The notes beneath the pieces were generated by a model, which saw nothing but the letters and a program-made list of their open reading frames with translations, had not been told where the DNA came from and did not search any database. A program made the translations under genes and the position numbers. This document shows, in pieces, positions 11,681 through 24,469 of a stretch of 64,000 nucleotides of DNA; the first letter of the stretch is position 1; the number at the start of each line of letters is the position of its first letter. This stretch comes from Octopus vulgaris (lineage: Eukaryota), in the NCBI GenBank assembly GCA_951406725.2, contig OX597825.1, positions 18,600,001-18,664,000 of the forward strand. Direction: 5' to 3'.

Positions 11681-12858
11681 CAGACACAACAGAATATGCT
11701 TCAACTCACGAACTCAGATAAAGATTCTTGCAAACCAAAACCCAAAACGAAATAAGTATATTGTAGTTATTTAACATTACGTTGTCAAAACTTTTCATGG
11801 AGGTTCACAATTTGTATCCATTATTGAAACTATATGATGTAATATAAAGAGGCAATTTCGTTCAAGTAAATTTAAATTTTTCCAGCACATATACGGTAAA
11901 ATATTCAGAAGTAGAAACCAAAATATTAATTGTAACTATTAATAGAAAGAGATATGTCGAAAATGAAATTAATGAAATTAATGAAATTAATGTAATCATT
12001 AATTTGAACTCTTAAAGACTGAACTGTATTTAAATATATACCGTTCTACTCCGGGTCCAAACCTAAACGAGTATGATTACTTTGTTGCCTATATTTGACG
12101 CTATGCACATTAGTAATGATAATCTTAATGCGATCAACTCGTTCCCTGACTTAGCATTTTTTGTCTCCTCAGAGAAGTTTAATACGTTTGTCCTAAGCGT
12201 CCAGACTTTTAGCAAGCGATTGTTTCGTGCTCTCTCTGTAATATAAACCTTTCCTTTTATAAATACCAAAGTTATTCTGGTGGTTGAAAAATATTTGGGG
12301 ATGCGTATCATGATAAATGGGTGCCAAGTAATATCCTGCTTATCTTAATGTGATACACAATACGTGCAGAGCTGAATATGTGTGGATATAAAACAAAATA
12401 AATGAATAGATAAATACATTAAATAAATGAATAACTATAATTAGCATCCCAGTGGAGATATTGAAATTTTTTCAGTAACAGTGTTTTGTAGTAAAATCAT
12501 AATATATTGTCTGTTCCTAGTTTAAATCACAACCAGCGTCATTTTCTATCCTAGTGTTTCTCTTTAATGAATATCTGCTGTCAATATAGAATCATAAAAC
12601 TATGAAATAAGGAAGGCTATACGCTGGTGGTCAAGAGGTGAATGGTAGCAAACACAAATCCACACATACAGACATATATGTATCTAATATATACATGTGT
12701 ATATTTAGGACTAAAACCAATAGGTGAATAACCATACGCTAGAAGAAGATCACATACGATCAAACTACAAAGAAAGAATGTTCTCCAGAGAAAATTCAGC
12801 GAACACCAGAACATAGGCGGGCAAGCCAGATGAAAATTATATAAAAAATCGAGAATTA

Positions 12859-12932
12859 ATCGTATACCGATTTTGTCTATTACCTAATAAATTACTTACG
12901 TAATCCTTCGTCCGCAGACTCGTCAGTACGAT
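12859..12932 (-). ncRNA. Type I hammerhead-like motif, probably inactivated
   Basis: Minus strand ATCGTA-CTGACGA-GTCT...AGAC-AAAA-TCGG-TA-TACGAT: perfect 6-bp stem I and 4-bp base of stem II; GAAA reads AAAA. Confidence 0.65.
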
Positions 12933-13471
12933 CGTTCCAATTCAATATAATCTGAAAAACTAAACATTAGTTTTTCATACTATATATATATATATCTTGG
13001 TTCGTTTAATCTAAGAAAACATGTGTTGCAGGCAAGGAAACCAATAGAATAAGTAGCATACTAAACCAAAAAAAAAAAAAAAAGAAAATTAATGGGCGAT
13101 TTAATTAACGGAAGCCATTCAATGCTGTGCCCCAGCATGGTCGCCTTCTAATGACTGAAAATAGTAGGATTTAAGATACATTTTCAGCCTAAATATTGAT
13201 TTCCTAACCTGGAACTCTATTGAAAGTGGACGAAGGATTAAGCTTGACTCACTTATATGTTAAATATTTATATTAATCCAAACACTTGATTAAGAAATCT
13301 AGGTGCACACGATAATTGAAGGTTAACAAGGAAGGGAATCGAATAATGTAAAGCACTGCATCTAACATTCTACTAATTTCGCCATTTTCACTGTTGATAT
13401 TTGATGTGAATTCCTTGGTGATTTCTCCTGATTCCCTTATTTAGAAATTTTTCTTTTATCTTTTATTTTAT

Positions 13472-13701
13472 TAAGATACAAATAAGATGGTAATTTAATT
13501 TCGAGCACAGAAACCTCGTTAAAACAGCAGAAATATTGGATAAAGTACCCTTACAAAGCGGGAAAATTTGTCAAAAAAACAGCCGTGGAACAAATTTGTT
13601 GACAATTTTTTCCGATTAGTAAGGCTACTTTATCAAATATTTCTGCTGTTCTAACGACGTTTCTGCGTTCGAAAATAAATTATCATCCTATTTGTATCTT
13701 A
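13472..13701. mobile_element. MITE-like palindromic element (~100-bp imperfect arms)
   Basis: TAAGATACAAATAAGATG...AACAGCAGAAATATTGGATAAAGTA...TTGTCAA versus TTGACAA...TACTTTATCAAATATTTCTGCTGTT...CATCCTATTTGTATCTTA; TA at both ends. Confidence 0.8.
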
Positions 13702-13779
13702 CACATCTTCACGGTTATAAAAAGAAATAAATGTTTGTTCATATTTAATTTTTTTAAAAATGTCTTCCTCTTATTATTT

Positions 13780-14130
13780 TGTGGCTATTCTGGTACACGG
13801 CCTTGGAGGATTTTATTTGAATAAATCAGCACATGTTAATTTCAACTGGGTAATAAATCCATCGGTTAATTTTGCCAAACTGCTACCCTACTGGAAAGTA
13901 AACAAATTAGCATCGGTTGTGAAGCTCTTCTGAGAGAAAACACGCAAACTTGCATACACACACGAACAGAAATACTCATACACATCCATAGAATATACAC
14001 AGATAAGAAGAGCTTCTTTTAGCTTCGGTCTAACAAATCCCTTTACAAGGCTTTGATCGGTTCGAGACTATAGTAGAAGACACTTGTCCAAGGTGCAACG
14101 CAATGAGACAGAAACTGGCATCAAGTGCAG
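13780..14130 (-). mobile_element. SINE family A, old diverged copy
   Basis: CAAGGCTTTGATCGG...CTATAGTAGAAGACACTTGTCCAAGGTGC matches family A. Confidence 0.65.
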
Positions 14131-14649
14131 AGCCATGAAAGGCCTCATTAGATAAATTAGGTCGTCTGGTTTGGAAGTCTCTATTTTATCGATTCTGAGT
14201 ATGTGTAGTAAATATTTGAAATCAGAACTACTCGTATATGAAATCACATAAATTTTGTACTCAAAACATAGTTATTATCTTTAAACATTCCGCAAAGCAT
14301 CAATGCTTAGAGATCTGAATATTTTACTAATATTGAAGTCGTGTTTTTCAATTGAGAACTACGCCATCATAGGCATATGCAGCACATGTCATGTGATATA
14401 TGATAGCAGCGTCACACGTTTTAATGATACCAAAAACTAAGTACTAAGAACATTTTAATAAAGTAAGAATTTCTTTTTTTTTCTTTTCATTTTTGTTTTT
14501 TTTTTTCTTTTTTCTCTTTTCCTCTTCATTTCCTTCTTTCCAAACACATTCACTTGCAAAATATTTTGGCTTACAAACGAAAGCTTCTGATATTTACAAT
14601 TAGGATATGGAAAACAAATAACACCTGCCTATTATAGAAACAAAATGCA

Positions 14650-14652
<3 letters not shown>

Positions 14653-14723
<71 letters not shown>

Positions 14724-14735
14724 ATATATATATAT

Positions 14736-14817
<82 letters not shown>

Positions 14818-14823
14818 TATTAT
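14653..14823. repeat. (TA)n microsatellite
   Basis: Direct reading. Confidence 0.95.
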
Positions 14824-15088
14824 TTTACAGAAACAGTAGTAGCACGTCATACAAAATATTCTGGAGAATTTGGCTCGACATCGTCTTAACCGCTTATTAT
14901 TTTCCTACAATAAAGGAAGGTGATAAATATCTAGTCGTTAATTACAGATTTACAGATCACTATGTCGACTACAGTGTCAGAGTTATGTGTACTTATGCCA
15001 GAGTCAAACAATTCCATACTGCAAGGTATGCATTCATACTAAACCATTAAAACTGCTAAGCAATCTTTTTCCCTATATGTGTCACCGT

Positions 15089-15121
<33 letters not shown>

Positions 15122-15739
15122 CACTATATCTCTCTTACACTTTGATACACGCATAAGGAAACAAATAGGCCGCATGTTCTCATAACGTCTTTCTCTAAAT
15201 CAATCGCACATACACACATATCATATCTCACGCTATATCTTAAATAGAAAACTTCGATTCGCAAATCTTCTCACAGATACTCAAACATAAAAGATACATT
15301 CACATAATAACCCATGCATATAGATAGACGCACGGAATATTAATCTTATTTTTCCATTAAAAATGTGTCACAGTAGAAGAATATACAAGAATGTTCGATA
15401 TTTATCTTTCATCTCGAAACTTTGCAGTTGTCCAGATTCACAAGCATGCTATGCGTGAGATGTCAAAGGTGCGAGTGAATTCGTGAATATCTCTGTGGAG
15501 TAATCACTAAACACGAACCCATTAACTCAAGCAGGCATGAATTTAATAATAGTAGTAGCAAGCATCTCTTCATAAACAACAAAATAACAGTCTGGTTACA
15601 TATTTGATATAATTTCTAATCTAATGCATACAACATCATGCTCGTACCGTTAGACTTGGCATCAATCTACACGATATTTTACTTTGAAAAGTAAATAATG
15701 AAAAAAAAATAAATAAATAAACAGCATCAACATGATATA

Positions 15740-16149
15740 GGCGCAGGAGTGGCTGTGTGGTAAGTAGCTCGCTAACCAACCGCATGGTTCCGGGTTCAGT
15801 CCCACTGCGTGGCATCTTGGGCAAGTGTCTTCTACTATAGCCCCGGGCCGACCAAAACCTTGTGAGTGGATTTGGTAGACGGAAACTGAAAGAAGCCTGT
15901 CGTATATATGTATATATATATATATGTATGTGTGTGTATGTGTTTGTGTGTCTGTGTTTGTCCCCCTAGCATTGCTTGACAACCGATACTGGTGTGTTTA
16001 CGTCCCCGTCACTTAGCGGTTCGGCAAGAGAGAGCGATTGAATAAGTACTGGGCTTGCAAAGAGTGAGTCCCGGGGTCGATTTGCTCGACTAAGGGCGGT
16101 GCTCCAGCATGGCCACAGTCAAATGACTGAAACAAGTAAAAGAGTAAAA
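15740..16149 (+). mobile_element. SINE family A, full length (tRNA-like head, internal (TA)n(TG)n, AAAAGAGT tail)
   Basis: A-box-like TGGCTGTGTGG, B-box-like GGTTCAGTCC, CORE-like CTTGGGCAAGTG, 3' GCTCCAGCATGGCCACAGTCAAATGACTGAAACAAGTAAAAGAGTAAAA; more than 10 copies in the window. Confidence 0.92.
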
Positions 16150-16775
16150 TGTATGAAGGACTGAGTTATTAGTTCGTTTTGTTAATAAAGTAATAACTGA
16201 AAAGTTTTACCCCATTATTCTTGACTTGTGACTGTTTGTATCGTAAAGCTGGATATGCATATAGAGCCTGTGGGTACCTAATAGCTATTCCAGACCTTTT
16301 TAACCCTTGCGTTGCCCACCTTAAGACCCTCGTCGTTTACGCTATAGCACTGCAGCTTAGAGAAAGTGACGACCAATTTCTGAAAGTTCAAAGCTTTCTA
16401 ACCTGCAGCCAACATTAAACTGCCGTTTCTGCTAAAACATATAACCTGGATAATCTTTAAAAGGAGAAAAGAATGGTGCAAGATAATAGAGCCGAGAGAA
16501 CTCCAAGCTTCAATACTTTAACAACTCTCGCCCCATATTCATGATTGGGTTGTCATTGATCTACCTCCTACTTCGGAAAACCCAGTTCTGGAAGTATTAA
16601 TATTTCCTATACAAGTGACTATTATATAGTAGCGCGATTTTAGGTACAACGTAGTTTAGCGGCTCAGCAAAACAGGTCGATAGAATAGATACTTGGCTTA
16701 TCAAAGCGGTACCTTTACATGACCGCAGTCTAATGGCTTAAACAGGTGAAAGAAAAAAGAAAGAAAAATATGTTA

Positions 16776-17160
16776 AGGGCCGTGGATCAGAGAATCGTTT
16801 GAGTGTTGGACAAGATGCCTTGCACTATTTCTTTCAGCGCGTTTTGTCTTGTATCAAAACGTCTTGCGTTATATAATGACAGGTGGCATCTTCAGCTTTC
16901 CTAGGTATACGTTATATTTGCATTCAATGTTATAAGTACCTCCACGCCGGTCAAAATGCCTAACGGCATTTCACCCGTCTTTACTTTCTGACTTCAAACA
17001 TCTCCGAGTTCGACTTTGCGTTTCATCTTTTCGGGGTCGATCAAAATAAGTAACAGTTGTTTACTGGGGTCGATGTCTTTGCCTTAACTCCTCATACTTG
17101 GGTCGATGTCTTTGCCTTAACTCCTCATATAAAATTGCTGGCCTTGTGCCATAATTTCAA
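16776..17160 (+). mobile_element. SINE family B, fragmented and diverged
   Basis: TTCATCTTTTCGGGGTCGAT and GGCCTTGTGCC tail; internal ~32-bp tandem duplication near 17064-17128. Confidence 0.65.
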
Positions 17161-17865
17161 TTTATATTATTAATAACATCCTGTATGGTGGATTAAAATA
17201 CTCATTCATTGTCACCCCATGTTTAGAATCATTTATTAATCATAACTCTGCGGTTCTTCATTAAAAAACAAAGCGTCCACGGAACAGTTTCAAATTCTTC
17301 ATGAGCGATTAAATGAAACACGTAGGTTTTTTGCACATTGCTAAAGGTATTTGCCTCAGCATATCTTATAAGCCTATCGTAATATTGTGTCTGTGTCTAG
17401 ATATAAGAAAGTCGATATGAATAAAACTCAATTTTGGTTACAATCTGAGTCGAAAGACAGTAAATCGTTAACAACAAATGTTCATTTCTTAATATAAAAC
17501 AGTGCCAATTTTTTCCCAATATTCAATTACGATTCGCTTATATTTCATATAATTGCATTCACAAAACGCTGTAAATGAATTAAAGGATTAAAAATAAAAC
17601 TATTCACAAAGTAAAATAAATATATTTGATCTCTGGTAAGTTCTAGTTTTCTAAATGATGAATACAAAACTATATTTAGAGACATGCAGACAAAAATTAA
17701 TGATTAAGGTTATGAAAGTAAGCAAGTCAGTCAACTCAGACAGAATTATCACAGATTTACGTCGGAACACGAATATTTTTATATTAAATGTTGTTTTAGG
17801 TATTATATTCTGTTCTTTATGATGAATGAGAAAATAATGTGAAAACACCTGCAAAAACATTTAAA

Positions 17866-17987
17866 TGTGTGTATGTATATATATATATATGTATGTATAT
17901 GTATGTATATGTATGTATATATATGTATATATATTTATATGTATGTATATGTGTATATATTTATATGTATATATTTATATGTATATA

Positions 17988-18025
<38 letters not shown>

Positions 18026-18078
18026 GTATATATATTTATATGTATATATATATATAATATGTATATATGTATATATGT

Positions 18079-18132
<54 letters not shown>

Positions 18133-18240
18133 CTATATATAAATATATACATATATATATTTTAAACATATACATACAGATATACAGATATGTATACATA
18201 TATGTATGCATGCATTTGTGTGTCTGTGCGTGTGCGTGTA
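17866..18240. repeat. (TA)n/(TATG)n low-complexity tract
   Basis: Direct reading. Confidence 0.95.
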
Positions 18241-19694
18241 GTAGGCATTTGCAGATATAAATGTATGTTTGAGTGTAAACATGGAAAATATAAAACCTTA
18301 AACCATCAGAAAAAATGGATGGGACTCATATGCAATTTTTATACATTTTATAAATTGTTTATTATGGAAGCGGAGATGAGTAACGGGTAGACTCTTGCAG
18401 AGAAATTACGTTGCAGACATATTTAATGTAGTCATTATAAAAAGATTAATAAAAAGAGGTATTGTAGACACCAACAAGCTTGCTGTGTGGCTATACACAC
18501 ATCATTCAGTTGCAGAAATAAAAGTTACAGGTGTATGGAAAAATAATAATCCATGTGGTTTTGAATGTTCACTTAGTAGCAGAGACAAGATCATCAACAG
18601 GACAACATTAACATTTAGATATAAATCTAAATTTTGCCGATTGGGAAATACAAATTGGAAGCTTTTCTACCAATCTTAAGAGGTTTGCTAGAATTATCTC
18701 CAATATTCGATCTCTGAATATGAAAGACATACAATTCGAAATGGAACAGTAGTAAATTACGTTAATCTTCCATTCATTAATAAGCAGCCAATGCAGAACC
18801 TAAATTTTTTTTTGACCAACAAAAGTAGATCTAGGGCTTGACACAGCTCTGGCATATATCTAAACCAATATGCTATATAAAGAAAAGCAAGATTTCCTGT
18901 ACAGTCACGCTCACATTAAGATTTCTGGAGCCATACTCACAGCCAAATTATTCGTTGTACACTCATAGGTTTTCGAGAATGTGGAAAGCACGAGGAAGCA
19001 TCAAATAATGGCAATTGGAATAAAGTATAAATTTAACTAGAACAAGAATAAAAACGAAAGCAAAAACAAAGCGAGAAAGCAACCTGTAAGCAACAAGTGT
19101 GTAGAAATGCCTATCCGTTATTAGGAGTGTACGAAATACTTAGTCCTTTAAATGAATAACAAACCATTGACAACACGAAAGAATTGTGAACATTCTCAGA
19201 GAATATAGAGTGAAGTTTTAATAAGGAAAAGGTCTTCGATAACATGGCGAACTGAAGAGATAAATTGCTGGTGAAAACTTCCCGAGGGAGCTAGTAATTG
19301 TCCTATGGCCATAAGCAAGAATTTTTCTGAAACATTTAACACCTCTTTTGACTCCGAATTTTAATCAAGACCATTTTGTCTCATTTTTTTCCCAATATAT
19401 TCGACCGAGTTTCTTTAGGTTCCTTGCAGTTGTTCCTTGAAACTGTAATAGTGATAAATCCATAAGCAAAATGATTTGATCTTCGTAATCTCTCCTTACA
19501 AAGAAACTAAGGTCTGTATCTTTTCCCCCCTCTATTTTCAAAACAAACGTTTAAGTTAATGAGTATCAATCATTGTACCCTAAATTAAAATCGTTGCATT
19601 AACCAAATCGTTGCAGTTTTCAACTGTAAAGCGCGCATCCGTTGATAAGTGACGTATTTAAATGAACTGCAATCACTGCATCTCTAGCTCTTTT

Positions 19695-20257
19695 ACATTT
19701 CATCTTTTATTTGTTTCAGACATTAGACTCCCATGCTGGATCACCATTATGAAGAATTTTACTTAACGAATCGACCCAGTACATATTTTTGAAACCTGGT
19801 TTTTATACTGTTGGTCTCTTTTGCCGAACTGCCGTATTGCCACGTAAACAAACTAACACCAGTGGTCAAGCGTTAGTGAGGGACAAACACAGACACAAGG
19901 CCACACACACACAGGCACATATACGTATTCTTATATATATATACGAGCAAAACGCCCCCGTCCAATGGACGGTATGAGTTGTCAAATATTGGAACCGAAT
20001 TTTCTCAAAACAACTTGTCCGTCCCATATGCCTCCCCTTTGAGAAACACTGATTTAACCTAAATTTGAGACACCAGCAAAATACGAATTTCGACTTATGT
20101 ACTTGCGCGTACAAATGCACGTTCCCACGGTTTTATCGATTGCATTAACACATGGAATCGATTTTTGTAATTTTTTCAAGACTTATGCACACCCTGATAC
20201 CATCGATATCTACATATCAATTTTGAGCGCAATCGGATGGAGGATGCCAGAGATCCT

Positions 20258-20315
<58 letters not shown>

Positions 20316-20555
20316 CATATCCTTAAATCCTTTAAAATGTTTTAGCCCGAAGGCCGCGGCCATGCTGGGGCACCACATATACATATATATGCATATGTAT
20401 ATTGGACGGGCTTCTTTCAGTTTCCGTTTATCAAATCCACTGAGAAGTCTTTATTAGACGGAAGGTGGATTGGGCAGAACGAGGTGTGACAATGTGAAAC
20501 TGAACCCGGAACCATGCGGTTGAGATGGAAACTTCTTAGCACACAGCCACTTCTG
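19695..20555 (-). mobile_element. SINE family A split by insertions in its internal microsatellite
   Basis: 3' half at ~19695-19940 and 5' half at ~20405-20555, separated by unrelated sequence. Confidence 0.7.
19943..20300 (+). mobile_element. Helitron/Helentron-type non-autonomous (HINE/DINE-like) element
   Basis: 5' stem-loop CCGTCC-AAT-GGACGG near the start; 3' TATCAATTTTGAGCGCAATCGGATG followed by (CA)n, an organisation typical of HINE-like repeats. Family not verified. Confidence 0.45.
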
Positions 20556-20953
20556 TGAAAACGTAATTACATTACATAGAAAATTTTCCAAATATTTCTA
20601 TATTATTATCTTTGTTCTTTTGGAATTATTATATAAAGCTATTACTTGCATATTCTATCAATCACGCTACGGGAATACTATGAGAAAACATTGTTTAAGA
20701 TGCACACGCACTAGATAAGATATTCTATAGTATGTAATTTTATATTATTTAAAATCGAGGCGCAGCTAGATATCTTGTTCTGTGCTTCAGTGTGATACAC
20801 AGCATACGTTTGGAGACAGAGATCTGCTCTTTGAATCTACGAGCTCTAAGCATCGTTACACATTTTTTTATTTTTTTCATTTTTGTTTTTTGGTTGGATA
20901 CAAAACTCAAACATACACACATCATTTTCATTTAGTTCACTTGTTGTTCTTCT

Positions 20954-21227
20954 TGATGATGATGATGATAATGATGATGATAGTGATGGTGGTGGTGCTG
21001 CTGCTGCTGCTGCTAACAATGGTGTTGATGATGAGGATGATGCTGATGATGATGATATGGTAATGATGATGGTGGTTGAGGTGGGGGTGGTAACGATAGT
21101 GATGATGATGGTGATGATGATGATGATGATGATGACGACGATGATGATGAAGATGATGATGATGATGATGATGACGATGTTGATGATGATATTGATGGTG
21201 ATGTTGATGATGGTGATGGTGATGATA

Positions 21228-21263
<36 letters not shown>

Positions 21264-21498
21264 GTAATGGTGATGGTGACAACGACGACAGTTTTCAAAC
21301 ATGATTACAATGAAAATTAGAATGATGGTGACGTCAATAAGAATGATGTTAACATTGATGTTGATGATGCTGGTGATGGTGGCAACAAATGACAACGATA
21401 ATAGTTGCAACAATACAACTAAGCTTACGTTAAAAACGTGAATGAAAACGGTGCTAATGATGTTAATGATACTTATGCTAATTATCATAATCATCTTC

Positions 21499-21553
<55 letters not shown>
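20954..21553. repeat. (GAT)n tract (20954-21290) and opposing (CAT)n tract (21501-21553)
   Basis: Direct reading. Confidence 0.95.
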
Positions 21554-21554
<1 letters not shown>

Positions 21555-21560
21555 TATTGT

Positions 21561-21776
21561 AAAGGCGGCGAGGTGGCAGAATCGTTAGCACGCTGGACGT
21601 AATGCCTGACAGTATTTCGCCCTTCGCTACGTTCTGAGTTCAAATTCCGCCGAGGTCAACTTTGCTTTTCATCCTTTCGGGGCGATGAATTAATTACCAG
21701 TGAAACACTGGGGGACTTCATGTAATCGACTCGTCCCCCTCCCTGCAGATTTCAGGCCTTGTGCTTTAGTAGATTA
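21561..21776 (+). mobile_element. SINE family B monomer with (ATT)n tail
   Basis: AAGGCGGCGAGGTGGCAGAATCGTTAGCACG...GAGTTCAAATTCCGCCGAGG...TTTCAGGCCTTGTGC then (ATT)n. Confidence 0.9.
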
Positions 21777-21803
21777 ATTATTATTATTATTATTATTATT
21801 ATT

Positions 21804-23462
21804 CTATGTTTGACTTTTGCTTTATATTTGTACAAGTTGGCTCCAAGTCTCACCCAGAGACCTCAAGAGACAACAGGGTTGGAAGTTCATGTTGTTGTTA
21901 TGCCTAGTGTGCCATATATTTGGGGGTGGGGATGTTGTACTAATGAATGTCTAAAAATAAAAAAAAAAAAAAAGGTTTTTTTTTTTTTTGTTTTTTTTTT
22001 AAACCGAAAATTATGTTTGTTTTAAACCTTGAGATTACATAGAGAGTATTTTGCGTAGGATATGAGCAGTTCCCATGAGCACTATCTTTTGAACTTCTGC
22101 CATTTTTGGGTTTCCTGGTATCTGAGTTAGGTAGCTATCAGCCCCTTTTGCTATCATTCCCAGGGCACCTATGACAACAGGTATTGTTTTAGTCTTCAGC
22201 TTCCACATTTTGCTGATTTCTATTTCAAGATCTTTATATTTGCTCAGTTTTTGGTAGGTCTTGACAGATACGTTTATATCGATTGGGACAGTCATATCAA
22301 TGAGGAGGCATGTTCTTTGTTTGAAGTTTTTCAATATGATGTCTGGCCTATTTGCATCTATCTTCCTGTCAGTTTGAATGGTGAAGTTTCAGAGGAGTGA
22401 GATGTGGTCATTTTCAAGCACTGGGGGTGGTTTGTGTTCCCACCAGTTTTTTTCATGGGGCAAATCCAGGTTTTTACAGATTACCCAGTGAATATATTGT
22501 GCAGCTCTATCGTGCCTGTTGAGATACTCTGTAGGCGCTAGAAGACTGCACTTGGAGACCACATGGTCAATGGTTTCATTTTGTTGCTTGCATACACGAC
22601 ACGTTGGACTGCTTCTGATCTTTAATATGTTGGCCTGGTAGTTTCTTGTTGGTAGGCATTGATCTTGAGCTGCTATGATAAACCCCTCTGTTTCAGATTT
22701 TAAGCCAGGGGCCATTAGCCATTGATGGGTCAGGGCTTTGTCGATATCTGCATTATTCGCTCTCTTTGGGTATTTGCCATAGAGAGGTTTTTCTTGCCAT
22801 TTATTATTCAGAATATCTAAGGCCGCAGTTTTGGCACGGGTTTTCATGCGCCTAGCTTTTTCTGTGCTTGTTTCTTGTATATCTATCTCCGAAATTGGTT
22901 GTATTCGGAATTCACTTAGATATTCCTTTGCCTGTTTTGTGACTGAGTATGATGCTTTCTTGTTTTCATGTTTTGAGACAAGTTTTAGCATCCAGTCCTC
23001 AGAGTTTTTCAGGTAGGTGTCTAGGCCAATTGTAGCAATCTTCATTGTTATTGCCAGTTGCAAAAGACCACGGCCTCCTCTTTTCTTGGCAGATAGAGTC
23101 GTTCTGTATCTGCCTTAGGGTGGTGCATTCTATGCATTGTCAACAGTTTCCTTATTTTTCTGTCGAGCTGACATATTTCAGTAATTGACCAGTTAACAAT
23201 ATTGAAACTGTAAGTCACGACTGGTATAGCTAATGCATTGATTGCTTCGATCCTGTTTCTTGCATTCAGCTCTGTCTTGAGTATTGCTCTCACTCTTCGA
23301 TAGCATTCTCTCCTGATCCTTTCCTTCATCTCTGAATGCCTTATTCCGTTCCCTTCAATTATCCCTAGGTACTTGTAGCTCTCCGCTGGGTCTAGTTCTT
23401 TTATGACATTCTGTTGGTCAAGGTTAACGTTAGATGTTTCTGTCATTTTTCCTTTGATAAAG

Positions 23463-23463
<1 letters not shown>
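21804..23463 (-). mobile_element. 5'-truncated R4/Dong-like non-LTR retrotransposon (RT C-terminus, CCHC knuckle, restriction-like endonuclease, 3' UTR), pseudogenised
   Basis: ORFs 23048-23446, 22389-23063 and 22035-22334: YKYLGI, CRVCKQQNETIDHVVSKC, RHD, KLSKYKDL, PVVIGALG, QKIVLMGTAHILRK; frameshifts and a stop; (ATT)n on both flanks. Confidence 0.93.
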
Positions 23464-23527
<64 letters not shown>

Positions 23528-23530
<3 letters not shown>

Positions 23531-23895
23531 TAGTTTTATTTTTATTTTTATAGCGTGCTTTCACTTCACTACCGAGCGCAGCTCTGTGTGCCTTGGGTAT
23601 GTGCTGTGATTTGTTGTGATGCTCTGATGGTTATTGTATGGAAAGTGTTCTGCGTAGGATGTGTGCAGTGCCTAGTAGTGCAATTTTCTGTATGTTATAT
23701 GTGTTTGTAAGTCCTGGTGTTTTTGTTATGTATTTGTCTGAATATTTTTTTATCATGCCTAATGCACCTACTATGATAGGAATTGTTTCTGTTTTCAGGT
23801 TCCACATTCTAGTTACCTCTATTTCCAGGTCTTTGTATTTTGAGAGTTTCTCCATTTCTTTTAGAGACACGTTGTCATCTGCCGGTACTGATAGA

Positions 23896-23897
<2 letters not shown>
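23528..23897 (-). mobile_element. Second R4/Dong-like 3' end (different subfamily)
   Basis: KLSKYKDLEIEVTRMWNLKTETIPIIVGALG...QKIALLGTAHILRRTLS with a different 3' UTR; (ATT)n on both sides. Confidence 0.9.
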
Positions 23898-23950
<53 letters not shown>

Positions 23951-24150
23951 GAGATGAAAACTCAACTTATTTTCTTGGGTTTGATGGAAACTGTCAGCCA
24001 TCCACAACCAGCAGATTAAGGCGAATCTTGCTTTACCGATTATGCTTCAAGAACCCTGCGAAGAATTCTTGCAGGTCCAAGTAATGCTGATTTTTGTAGA
24101 TGTTCTATCTTTACATTTGTAACAATCTTTTTCAGCCATATTGGTAGTTG
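23951..24150 (-). mobile_element. Third R4/Dong-like 3' end remnant
   Basis: Minus strand ~24041-24110 translates IEHLQKSALLGPARILRRVLEA-stop; begins at the (ATT)n edge. Confidence 0.75.
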
Positions 24151-24469
24151 AATGCTGATACTTCCAAGTGCGTCAATTACGATTCTTATCACGTCTGCGT
24201 ACCTCACTCAACACAACCTTCGTATTTTCCACTTCAGATTGTCATAGATGACTATTTTCTCTTTTTTCTCTTTGACCCAGTGGTCACCGTGATGTTATGT
24301 CAATTATCATGCATGTTCTTACAATTTTTATTCACTCCCAAAAATGTCCGGTTTCAGAAAGTTTTCTGAGGCGTTGTACTGAATCAATGTGTCTCACAGG
24401 ATTTTGCAATTCTCATTCTCGTTGATTCCTTCTGCAGTTTTCTCATACCATGTCTTTGAACTTTGTAGG

